From Iphione sp. A-MEVVRFRX5 (Eukaryota), in contig OZ320316.1 in the NCBI GenBank assembly GCA_976226885.1, forward strand, positions 66,464,001 through 66,528,000: a stretch of DNA of 64,000 bases, read 5' to 3'. Below are positions 1-12,000 of the stretch, one piece after another (positions within the stretch are counted from its first letter, which is position 1; each line of letters begins with the position of its first letter). The position numbers and the translations under genes were made by a program. The notes under the pieces were generated by a model. The model saw only the letters and a program-made list of their open reading frames with translations. It was not told the origin of the DNA and did no database searches.

Positions 1-348
1 ACTTATTTATATTTCAAAGCATGTTTATGGAAGTTGTATGATCATGGAACACCTTCACCCCTAGAGGTCTCAGCCTTTATAGGTATAAAAGACTAACATT
101 TGTTTAATGAGACTGTCGTATGTAGTATATGCATGCAAATATATTTATGTACAGCCTCAAATCTAGGAAAATGATGGGCTATGCCCAAGCAATCACTGAC
201 GGGAAACTCGGCGGGAGTTTGAGTAGGCGAGTTAAACGAGGCTAGATCAAATCCGGTTTATTAGCAGAGGCGGTGAAGTTGTAAAGTTTTCCCCATCTAC
301 GTCGTGTACATTTGTTAGAAAAGTAAAAGCACAGTTCAATTTCTGGCG

Positions 349-377
349 TTTATTTACATTACATAATACACTTTATT
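349..377 (-). terminator. Possible polyadenylation signals for the SLC6 mRNA
   Basis: Two AATAAA hexamers on minus (354-349, 377-372), about 1.45 kb past the stop. The context is AT-rich, so chance occurrence is likely. Confidence 0.25.
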
Positions 378-764
378 TACTATCTATAGACAGTCGATTA
401 AAAAGTAGATTTTTGAAATTTCAATCTAAAAATCGAATTACTGACATATATACACATCTGTTACACCAACCGCTTTATCAATACTGCATGACAAGTTCGC
501 ACATACTTTTCAATACCAGGGGAAGGCAGGAAAATAATGATAAAACCGCACAACAACTGATTTTGCTCTAAAGAAATGAAAATCATTTGCCCTACATCCT
601 CAAGCATGATTCCTAAACGGAAATGCATTGCTAAATCGTACAAAAAAGTGAAAACAGTAACCCACATGCAAAATCCTAACAAATGTAAAAAAAAACAAAA
701 ACATATCAATGGTGACTTGTTCAGCGCAATCTAATATTTAATTTGTTCTCTGTTGACGGACTTA

Positions 765-1126
765 GGGGCTCTTTCCATGTGTACAAAAAATACGCAGTCC
801 TGATTTCAGATCCAAAAAGTATGCACGACTATGCACAACACTGACTAGACCTTTCCATGCATACATAAGGAATATAATAGACAGAGACCCCTAGGGGGTT
901 GTTAAGGACTAATTTAGTATGTTAAGTACCAATCACACACCATGCACACATATCTGGATGTGGGGGAGCCGGTATCTATGACAAAATGACACATATTTCA
1001 CATCCCACAGTGCATAAAATATGCACAGATGAGTAAGGTACATTTGAATACGTGTAGTGAGCTTGTATTTCACGCACTCCTGGAACTGTGTCTTGGTGTG
1101 TAAAATACGCACACATGAAAAACTGC
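765..1126. mobile_element. Degenerate Tourist/PIF-Harbinger-like MITE downstream of the SLC6 stop
   Basis: TTA|GGGGCTCTTTCCATGTGT ... ACACATGAAAAACTGC|TTA: imperfect TIR sharing the CTTTCCATG core with the 21617-22266 element. Confidence 0.35.
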
Positions 1127-1818
1127 TTAAGTTTTCTATTCTGTTACCACATACCATTCAGTTCCTGGGCTGACTGTATGATCCAATGGCCATCAGTACA
1201 TTAAGATCTCTTTGAGAGCTTTGGGGGAATATTCTTACCTACTTTATCTGGTTTATGTTACATCAGAACACCTGTCATATCATTTAGTTTGCTGCCAAAG
1301 CAATGATTTTAATACGGACTTGTCACCTGTAATTTTAACCAAATCTTTCTCAGCATGTTTCAATTTCCTAAAGAATCTGAAGACGGGATGGTTATTATAG
1401 GTTTTTCTTTTGGAGGCTTAAGTGTGAATATTACATCTTCATGATACAACAAATATGATAAATGCTAAGTGGTTAGGGTTATTTTAAACAGGAAAGTATG
1501 AGTATATGTACATTTCAATTATACTATTTAAATATCAATACATGCTCCTTAAAGAAAGAAATAAAAGTCACCTTATTATGTAGATGATTATAATTCCTTG
1601 TGGATGTGGTCACTATGTCGTTTGTCTCTTGATTAAGTACGATCTGGCTTCTATTTGTACATTCAGTGACCTTTGACATATAGTTTTCACATGAAATATA
1701 TTTGTCATACACACACCCTTTCCCGGAGAGACTCCCAAGCAACCACTTTCGCCATTGCACGAAAAAAAGACCTTTTACTACGTCATGTAGTCATGAATCT
1801 TGGAAACAGCTTCGATCA

Positions 1819-2136
1819 TCAGACATAGGTCGGTGCGTCACTGCTACCACGATTCGTCAACGTCGCTCCAGTGGCCCGACCATTCGTCACCTCAGCGCTG
1901 TCGTCATGATTTTGTTTTATTACGTCACTACTGGGAAGCATCTGTGATTTTTCGTCCTCAGCGTTGGCTGCCTGGTGCGCCGCCGCCGATTGAGCGTTGA
2001 GAGGCAACCGTTCGCATTGCTCCTGCCCCTTCTCCTCATCCAAGTCAGGGTTGATTGATGTACACCGGTTAGCGATCATGTCTGGTTGCACTAGTTGATG
2101 GGGCTTTAACTTCGGAGTAAGAAGCCTGGCCACCCT
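1819..2136 (-). CDS. SLC6 exon 13, coding part (RVARLLTP...SDAPTYV*; cytoplasmic tail)
   Basis: Acceptor TGTTTTCAG| at 2137, phase 0; R...LLTP start typical of SLC6 last exons; TGA at 1821-1819. Confidence 0.85.
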   Translation of the reverse strand, partial: RVARLLTPKLKPHQLVQPDMIANRCTSINPDLDEEKGQEQCERLPLNAQSAAAHQAANAEDEKSQMLPSSDVIKQNHDDSAEVTNGRATGATLTNRGSSDAPTYV

Positions 2137-5100
2137 CTGAAAACAGTTTCATGATTTGTTTCTTTCACATCATCCCTTGACTCCACAAAAGTCAATATTA
2201 CTTCATGTAAATAATATATTTTTGAAAGCCATAGGGCATTTTAGTTAATTGATGTACATGTGCACATGTAATTGTATCCTGAAATGAGTTAACACTAAAC
2301 ACACTTCATGAGGAAAGATTGGTAAATGCACATTATATAGCTATGTACTGCAGTCCTGAATAAGCCAGATCTCACAGTCAAAAAAAACCTGGTAACTAGA
2401 GAAGAAAAAAAGAGACACATTTCTGGGAATGTTTTTACGGACCTAGATTCTCCGCCGCTCTATCTTTTCGTGACCCCATTCCCAGGGATGAGTTACTCAC
2501 CTCGCTGAAGGAACCGCCGTTCCTGGCAAGCTTCCAAATAGCGACGATAGGGATGAAGACGACCGAACTGCAAGCGAGCATCCAGCCGAACACTATCCCC
2601 CAACGTGGGTACCTATATGTGCGATTATAGGTCAGCTCCGAATAGCTGTAGATGCACAGGCCGAACATCACCTGGGAACGGAAAGAAATAGGGTAGATTA
2701 AAAATTACGCTTGCGAGCATTGGTGGCAGAAGAAGAGGCGGGAAGGATTTCACCCCGCAGAAGCTAACCTGTCGTAGAAACCACCTGGAAACGTCCTTGC
2801 AAGTTAAATATAGAACAAAGCACGGGATCTACGCAGTCTATTATTTCCCATCAGACATTTAATCAAGTGAAACTGATGAGTTCTGCCCGAGTCAGCAGAC
2901 TATGACATACCTTGAAATCTACAAACTAACTCGCTATGTATACATATATGTGTGTCTGTGTACAAATGTAGGCCCCCTATATCAAAACACATTAATCTGA
3001 CCTTAGAATCAAATAAAAATAAACCAAAGGCAAGAGTCCATTGTGGAGAAACGCCACATTAAAAAAATAGAACATCTTATATAATAGTTTAGCCGGAGAT
3101 AACCACACAAGATCATGATGGAGGGGCGGAAAGTCAGAAAATAGCATTCCCCAGCCCCCCCTTCCTCGGGGAGGTCGGGGACAATGACACAAAGTAGTCA
3201 AATTAGAAAAGAGATTTTGAAAAATCAACATACAGATTGCATGGTGCATGCCAAAATCAGGTAATCTCCAATTCTGCCAAATTGAGAGGATTAGAGAGTT
3301 CTTTACTTATGTCGTATATATACATGTATATGCATAAGAGAATACCTAAAGAATCACAAACATCCACCGCGCATGTTTAAACTGAAGATATTAAATGAGT
3401 AGATGCCATTCATTAATTCGATTCATAAAACGGTGCGGGTTGCTTACTCATATTATAACAAAAAAAAATACCTTTGCAGGAAACATGTTCACGTATTCTA
3501 TAAGCCCGTATTAACTGGCAGGTGGTGAGTTAGCAAAACATAATAATGACACTTACGATTGTGAATGTGGGCGTTATAAACATCCACCAATACTTGACGA
3601 GTGACGGCATCCGGTATCCCAGCATGACTGTCAGGTTATCGGAGAATCGATTGGCACCTAGCGGGAGTATATGATCTCGTTATAGGCAAAGCGGCGACTA
3701 TGGGCATTGACTGCTGGTTACATAAGACACAGGGGCAAAGGAGCAGCGATTGGCCTGAATAAGAAGCAATCGGAGGATTCCAGGGTTACGTGCGCGGGAT
3801 GTATATGTTTCTCATAAGAGGCGAGGTTTCTCTTGTTTTCCAGACGTTCAACATCAGGGAAGTCAGTATGTAGGGGTCTCAGGATATTGAAGAGGCACAA
3901 CTAGCATGACACATAGACAGGCTACCGCTCATAATGAAATACCCGAAGACACCAGTCTTGCGGATTTGAAACAAAATGTTAATACAAGCAAATGGAACTT
4001 AGCTGCAATTCTTTAATATTTCTGCACTGTAATCTTGCGTGCTAAGATATAAACAGGAGAAACCTCCATGCCACGAAAGGGTTACAAACGCAACGGAACC
4101 TGTCTGTATAATGTGGATCACTTTCCACAGGAGGCTATAAACTGGAATGACAGCGTTTCTATTTTGATATCCAGAAACCCTTTTATTAATTAAGGGCAGG
4201 CCCCCAAGGCTCACGAACAATAAAGAGGAGGGATTTTTTTACGGGTAGGCCCCCAAGCTGACAAAGTATCAGTAAGAAGGATTTTTTTTTCTAAGGTGAA
4301 GGGGTCCGTCGATCGCTGCTCTGTCTAACGAAGACGACTTACCCTGGCGCAGTAAAAGGCATGTAAGGCGGCAACGGTCGCTGCCATTGCTACTGCCTTA
4401 TCGTTACCTCTGTAAAACAAAAGTAGGAGATTTGCTCCGAAAAACTCGGAGTGAGTATGGTGCATCTCCCTCTCCCACAACAGCTCATTTATCCCCGGTT
4501 AGTCTTTGATGGCACAGCTCTCGTCAGCATAGGAATGGGCAGCTTACCGTAAAGCCAGGCCACAGCTAGGCACTCAAAGAAAGCGACAACCAGGATGATG
4601 CGGCTTCCCGAGTAGTAGTCGAACAGCTGGAAGATGTACATCCCTCCCTATAAAAAGAAAGGTTGGCCAGGTCATTCCTAGAAAAACATATTAGCACTAC
4701 ATGTTATAATGACGATGGCTGCAAAATTTCACCGAGCTCCAGATTGAACTTGCAAACTGCCACTAACACTCTATACCGGTTGGTATATTTGCCCGCATTC
4801 CCTCCGAACGTTACTTTGAATATTTGAATTGATCTAAATCTCAAAGTGCAATTCATATATCAATATGTTACTGACGTTTGTCACCATGGGCAGTCCGATG
4901 AGGAATGACAGGACACAGACACATCCGATGAAGAGCTCTTTACGGTGTCCCTTGCGGAACGTTCTTGGGAACTGGTCAACGAGGGCGGTGACGAAGCCCT
5001 CGACACCGACAAACTAGAAACACAAAGCTAAACGTTCACTTTCGCTAAAAATGACCAGTTGCAGAAGACTTGGCTTTTGTATGAATAAGTTATTCAACAG

Positions 5101-5927
5101 AAAAGGCAAGTCGTCATCCTTGGATTAAATTTTCCCCCTGTAGGACTTAGATGTCCATGCAACTGGCAAAAGGAAAATGACTAACTGGCAAGTACGCTTG
5201 TTATAATTCAACGTCAACACCCAATATACATTAACCTACATGTATCTCCAGACTTCAGACAGGAATATTTAAGTGAAAAGACATTAAAAAATGATAATTA
5301 CTAACCTGGCTGTCGAGACCAAGTAGGATGATCATAAAGAAGAACAGGACGGACCAGAACGGGGCGATTGGCATTTGGGCTACTGCTTTTGGGTAGGCAA
5401 TAAAGGCTAGCCCGGGTCCTGGTAAAGACACGCATAAAACTTTGTTAGCGATAATCTACCAGGGGATGAAAATACTCAATCCAAGAAGTATAGTTCATCG
5501 TGATGGTTGTTAAAACACGTACATTTTCCACTATGCAACCTGCTCTGTCACACTAAGAGAGAACAATAATGGTAACGAAGGTTTTAAACTGACCTGATTC
5601 TGCTACATCACCAACGCTGACACCTTGTTCGTGGGCCATGAAGCCGAGAATGGAGAAGATGACAAATCCAGAGAAGAAACTTGTCCCAGAATTGGCAAAG
5701 CCAAATATTACGGAATCCCTTGAAGAGACAAACAACAGGCTAGTAAAACAATGGTCTTAACTAAAATAGTTCTCAGTGGAAGTGAGAATCTGGTCGTAAA
5801 CAGGTTATGTAGTGCATCGATCAACTACAGCATGTTATTGAATATCAGCATAATGCTTGCAATTGCGAATATTGCCACACGAACTATTTGAATATGTGCC
5901 AAGAGAGATCTATAATATCAAGACAGA

Positions 5928-6001
<74 letters not shown>

Positions 6002-9000
6002 ACGAAGAGGAACAGAGGATTACGAAGAGGCTGCTTTTAAAACCTCAATTTGTTCAGACTTAGAAATTTAAATCCCCCTCCCCAAATACCTGCCCCTGAT
6101 CAACACTACTTGCCATACAGGTATTGCCTTAACTGCTAAATTGTGGTGCACTACTTAGCCGCTATTTCACTATATATCCTTGGCACGTTACCTGCTCATG
6201 TTTGTTACTATCTATCCCTATACTACTCTACCTATCGTCCCTTTAATACTGCATCTCATATAGGTCATATGATACATGTAATAAACAGCAGGGTTCGCTT
6301 CAAAATCGGTTTGACACATGGATACGAATGTGTTAAATTGGAAGCCTTATCTGAATAGAAAAAAATATGATCACCACCTGTGACTAACTACAACTCGGAC
6401 AAAACATATCGATCCACACTGACAATAGGTCACTGGGTGAATATTAGTTCACACTCCGGTCTAAGTATATATAAAGTCAAATGACAAACATAATAGACGA
6501 AGTTATACATGCCATCTTGTTTAACTACCAACGGAAGAGGAAATTTGTCTGAAAAGTTTTTATTCTGTATTACGCACTAATCAAGCAGCTCGGCTAGTTT
6601 AAACACACACACTTTCGAGAATGTCCCATATTTTTCATTTCAGATTATTCTGTCGCTATCAACACTAACGATGATACAAGCCATGTCATCGTATTTACAG
6701 GCGAAGTGCTATAAACTAGTTAGTTGGAGTGTTATTTTGAAAATACAGCCCCTGCACATATCAGAGCTGTTGGTATAAGTCAATTACTACGTGAGACTCT
6801 AAAAATCGCCCCTACCGAGTCGACCAGCCTTTCATTCAGCCTACCCTGCTGAGTCCTCCTGTCCTCAAATTGGCATTTAATGATTTATATAAATGTGAAA
6901 ATGTGATAACATTCTTTAGTGTTACACGTCACCCAGTTAGTATCCATTTGCTACAACTAACCTAACACTGAATGGAGAATGTACGTAAAAAGTCTGTTCA
7001 CAAACGAGCACTTCAGGAGTGCCGTATCTTCTACTATTGCTTGGTAGAGCTTTGCGTTTTTTTTTGACTGCCAGTACCACCCATGTATTCTATGTTTTAG
7101 TATGTGTCAAATTATATACTCAACGCACCGTTACACACAGCATGACTGAATATTTGCATTTTGTCAATTAGTTCTTGTTACCATATACATGAAATAGTAC
7201 CCCTTTGAGCATAAAGGGCTCAGTCGTAGTAATGTTTGCACATAACCAAAATTTTTACACTTCTTACCCAGCTAACACATATTATAAAACGTTTATAGAA
7301 CCTTTTGGTTTGGTGAGGTTATAGAAAAACCTTTGCACAATGTTTTATATATGTTAAATCATAATATACCGGTAACACTAGAATGAAACACCATTGGAGC
7401 GTTGTAGTTTAGTAATAATTCTAGAACATTGTAGTGTGGTTACCCTGGAGAACGCACATTATCCCTGTCTAATGATACGATCTATTCACAGCAAATGAGG
7501 ATATATATTATATATACTGAATTGAAATGGCAAATAGATTTGAAGACTTTATCATCTATGGATATCAGGACGTAGGGTGCAACATATATGCAATCCAGTC
7601 AATCCAAGACTCTGAAAGAAAAGACATGTGTTAAGACTGCTGTTCGAAGAAGCCCTCATGGAACAACGCTTGCTTGTTTCATAGATGATGGATATCAATC
7701 CATTTGTCTACAAGGAGAGCGATTTCGACAGTAATCGCGTGTAGCATGCAGATTTCTTTGCCAAACAAACTTCCAGAATGACAGAACACTGTTGACATCA
7801 ACCACATAAAATACATGAAAACCACACTAAGAACTCAACATTTCTGGGTGGGAGTAAAGGAGACGACTGGTGTTCTGAGAACAAAAGATCGCCTGTGATG
7901 GCGGTTATGATCAGCGTTTGCGCAAACAACCAAGAGAATCTTACGAAACAAATCACGTTATAAATGATTATATGGTCTGCTGGCTGCAAATAAACGCAGA
8001 TGTAGCAGCTGACTATTCATGTCATCGATACGGTACCAGCTGTGCTGATGCTGGTTTAGCAATTAACCTATTTACCGAGCAGTGATGATAATGGTGTATA
8101 GATATACATGTATCTATATTCAGGCATGGCTCAATTCTATCTTACCAGTCCCACTATAGATTACTAAGCCCGCCATTTGACACTCTCTTCATCCCTTCAC
8201 CTAAACCAGTTAGTCCCTCCGGTTGTATTTTGTCGACAATATTTAGGAAAAGTAATTAATGAACTACATGTAGTTCAGATCAAAGAAACGTTTACGAGCT
8301 GGATGTCATTTGTCTAGTTTTGTTTTAATAAGTCTAAAAATAAAAAATACGAAGGATAATCAAGGTTGTTTATCATTAAAATTTCTTATCTTCATGTACA
8401 TCACCCAATCGGGATTCCAATTGAATACTATAAACTACATGAACATGTCAATATTTGGAAGGCACCTATGTACAGAAGACCAAGGACAGGATACGACTGC
8501 CACAAAACCCCCCAACATCACCTGTCCCAAAAATGAAACGAGTGAACTCTTAACCTCATAATATACATATCTATTTAATATGTTCAAAATCACTAAAGTC
8601 ACCCTTGTCAGAATAGAAGTAAATGTACATCAAACCTGGTAAGGGCCAAATTAAGTCCTGAAATACTAAGTCGTATCTACCTAACAAATATAATCCTATA
8701 ACAATAACCTCGGACCATGAGCAATCAGACCGAGTATCTTGCCATCATCACATGCACGTGTATGTTCACATGTCATGGTTCTATCCATTACGGGGTATGA
8801 TGCCTAAATGAACTAGACGAAAGTGGTCAAGAAAGTTTTGTTTGCTAACTACTGAAACATTTTAACGCGCACGTTCAAGCCGCTATTCCTTATGGGCCCT
8901 TACATAACTACAAGAAAAGAAGCAAAAGCAACAACACGGACACCCAATCGGCAAAACCAATCGTAGCTGTCATGTAACCTTTTCAAAGCTGTAGTTATTT

Positions 9001-12000
9001 CGGACAGAGCGAATACCACGACACGCCTACTTACGGAGATGACTGACAATATTAATGGCAATAGGAATTCTATATTAATAGTTTCAATGTGGTCTTAAAA
9101 ATCTCTGCTTACCTCCAGCAATTATGGTTGAACTTGTTGTAGCTACCGAGTGCCGTCAGCGTACCAAGACTTATGGAATATGAGAAGAAGATTTGTGTGC
9201 CTGCATCCACCCACACCTGAAAACATGGCCACATGTGAGGCATTAGAAAGGCGAGTCTTCATCTCCGGGTCAGTTGAAGCGGAGCAAAATCGACTCAAAA
9301 TTTTTGACTGAGTTGTGAATTCGGCAGGGACGCTACATTTCGACAATGAAGGTTCTGCCACACGAAATAGTTTGGGAGGGGGTTTCTGCGCCCTGAAAAG
9401 AACCAGGGGTATGACCTCTCCGATAGTCAGGTGCGAAAAACACATTTGGCTAGGGTCAGAATCTTCATTGTCTGTCGCTGAAAAAAGAAAAATAATGTCA
9501 AGATATCAGACTGACTTTTCAAGACTAAATTTATACTTTTAGCTAAAGCTTTAGTAGTTTATGCGTTATTTGTAAGAAAACTCATTTCCTTTTGTCAAAA
9601 TATGAGGACCGATTAAGCCTTGTAGTGTTTTGGTGCAGATATAATCAGTGTTATCTAGATATACTAGCCTTTATTCCATTTCCATCTCTTCCAACTGTCT
9701 CCGCAAATGTGATTACTGCTGTCTTTTAATTTTGATCTTTGTATACAGTGAAGACTGTTCCACTTTTCTCATCAAGTTGTTGTTCCGGTCCTTAATGTAC
9801 ATGCCTTTAAAACAGACAACTCGATCATGTCCTTGATGGATGTAAGACGGAGGAGTTCCATTCATTGAGTGAGGTGAAGGCCATTGTTAAGGGTGTAGAT
9901 TTTAGGCGGGTGTTGCATGTAGACGGGAACAACTTTCGCAATCGCATCCAAACACAGGAACTGCCTAACAACAGATGTCCGACCTGTCTCCCTCACTAGA
10001 AAAGCCTATGGGTATTGCATCCAATTTTGGGAGAAAGCCATCCTGGATGGGTTGGCGTAACGCAATTCCAGGTGAGAGTGGAAAAAAACGTAGATATGTG
10101 AACATCTCTATTGGTTAAAGATGTCCAGCCAGAAACCGTTTACTGCTGCTGGACGCGAATGTGAAGAAAACCCCATCTACATGTAAAACCCGCCTTAGTC
10201 CTCAAGAACCGTGTATGGTGCGCACGTGGCGAGCCTATTTGTAGTGTGGACGTCCGGTGCATGTCAGTTTAGCGGAGCTAAGAATTTGTGCCACTGTATC
10301 TACCCGTGATTTTCTGGTCTGATTTTGATATGTAATATATGCCGATGGGGGGACAAACTTATTTTTGTTACACGCGTCTCGGGCGTACTCTTCCATACAA
10401 ATCTACAGTCAAATGCGCCTGTGTACATATGTATGTACATTTACTTCAATATACATTTGTATACAGCTGTAGACCTAGGCTGGATGAGAAACGTTTTCAC
10501 GTGCGCATCTGAAGACAAATTAATCTTGTGTTCCCATGGAAACAACCAGTCACGGACACACATACGTATATCAATGTACATACAAACATAATTAGACAGC
10601 GACACACACTCTCTCCATCCACTTCATTCCAACGTATACTGAGTGGTAGCTTGCACGCAATATGTAGACGGCCAGTACTGCTGAAAAAAGAGAATCTTTT
10701 GGCATGAACCAAATGTAGGTGCCGATGTGCCCTCCATACCCGGTCGGTGAGGATTAATATATGCAATTGTCAGTGAGCGTCTATTAATTGGATAGAGAGT
10801 GGGAATACATAACTGATGCTCATCTTATTCTAGAGCATAACTATTCTGCAAGAACAATGCTTAGCTTGTTTACGCCCCTTTTGAATAACCTTAATTCACA
10901 TTAGTAGTTCGAGGTTTAACGTGGAAACAAGGGCGTCTCTTGTCAGCAAAAAGGCGTGCACGGGCTATATGAATTACGTACTCTGTTCAAGCTTATAACG
11001 TTGACGAACTCTCGATGGACTAATACGAAGACTTGATAAATATACTCATGTGGATTGGTATTTTTCAGACAGGAGCTTGTTAAGTATGATGTCGGTTTTC
11101 CTTCTGTTATGACTAACAATCGAAATGAAGTTCATACAAGTGCAGGTCCTGTGTTAGATAATTAAACGAGTGCACATTTTACTTACAACTTTTTTTCGAG
11201 CAACTGACATTCACAGCTTATCTGTTTATTTTTACATGGTCCTTACTGCTGTGTAAACATATCAGATTATCGTGCTGTTCGGTGTATTCCCTGCTCGCAC
11301 AGATCGTCCACTCGCTAATAATCATGAATAAAGAACTGTCAATTTCGACGCTGAAGAACTTTTGTCAAGCTTCCGGTTAGTTCTTAAAGATACACGTAGT
11401 ATCCCAAATCATTGCGGGTGCTTTTAGCATGGTGCTAAAGATAATGCAATGGGATGCTCAACATTTCGAGTCCGTTTTTTGCCTGGCCCGTCTATAGATC
11501 TCTGTACGTGTTGGTTGGAATGTGCTTCCTGTCGTACATAGGAGCCTCCTGTTTTTTTTCCACAGAATCTTCCTTCACATGTTGTAAACAGGTAAGCTAC
11601 AAATCAGACAGTCTTGCCTCGGTATTGCTCCAGAAAAAGTGCCAACAGAGCAGCATCCATAGCCGAGAGGGTAACGGACACCTCAGCGTTCGCTACTGTG
11701 TCTATGACGTCAGATTCCCGCCTCCCACCAGCTGAAGGGCGCAGACACTCTTTACGCACCTGTACACACACGTTACCACACACATAAAGATGCAGCAAAG
11801 TACAAGCAAAGTATGTGCGCCCACATTTCATGGTCCATATTACAGAGCATACTGAGAGGCAAAGACCAAAACATGATGCATATCTACGCATTTCCGTGGC
11901 TCCCTGGTTTATATTTCCTGGGTATCACGCCACAAAATGGGTTCCTTTTACGCAGTGTTTTTAGTACAAATATAAATCTTATTGTTCCATCATTGGCTGC

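Noticed and set aside
5857-6063. ORF with an RERERE run
   Set aside because: Translation of the (AG)n microsatellite.
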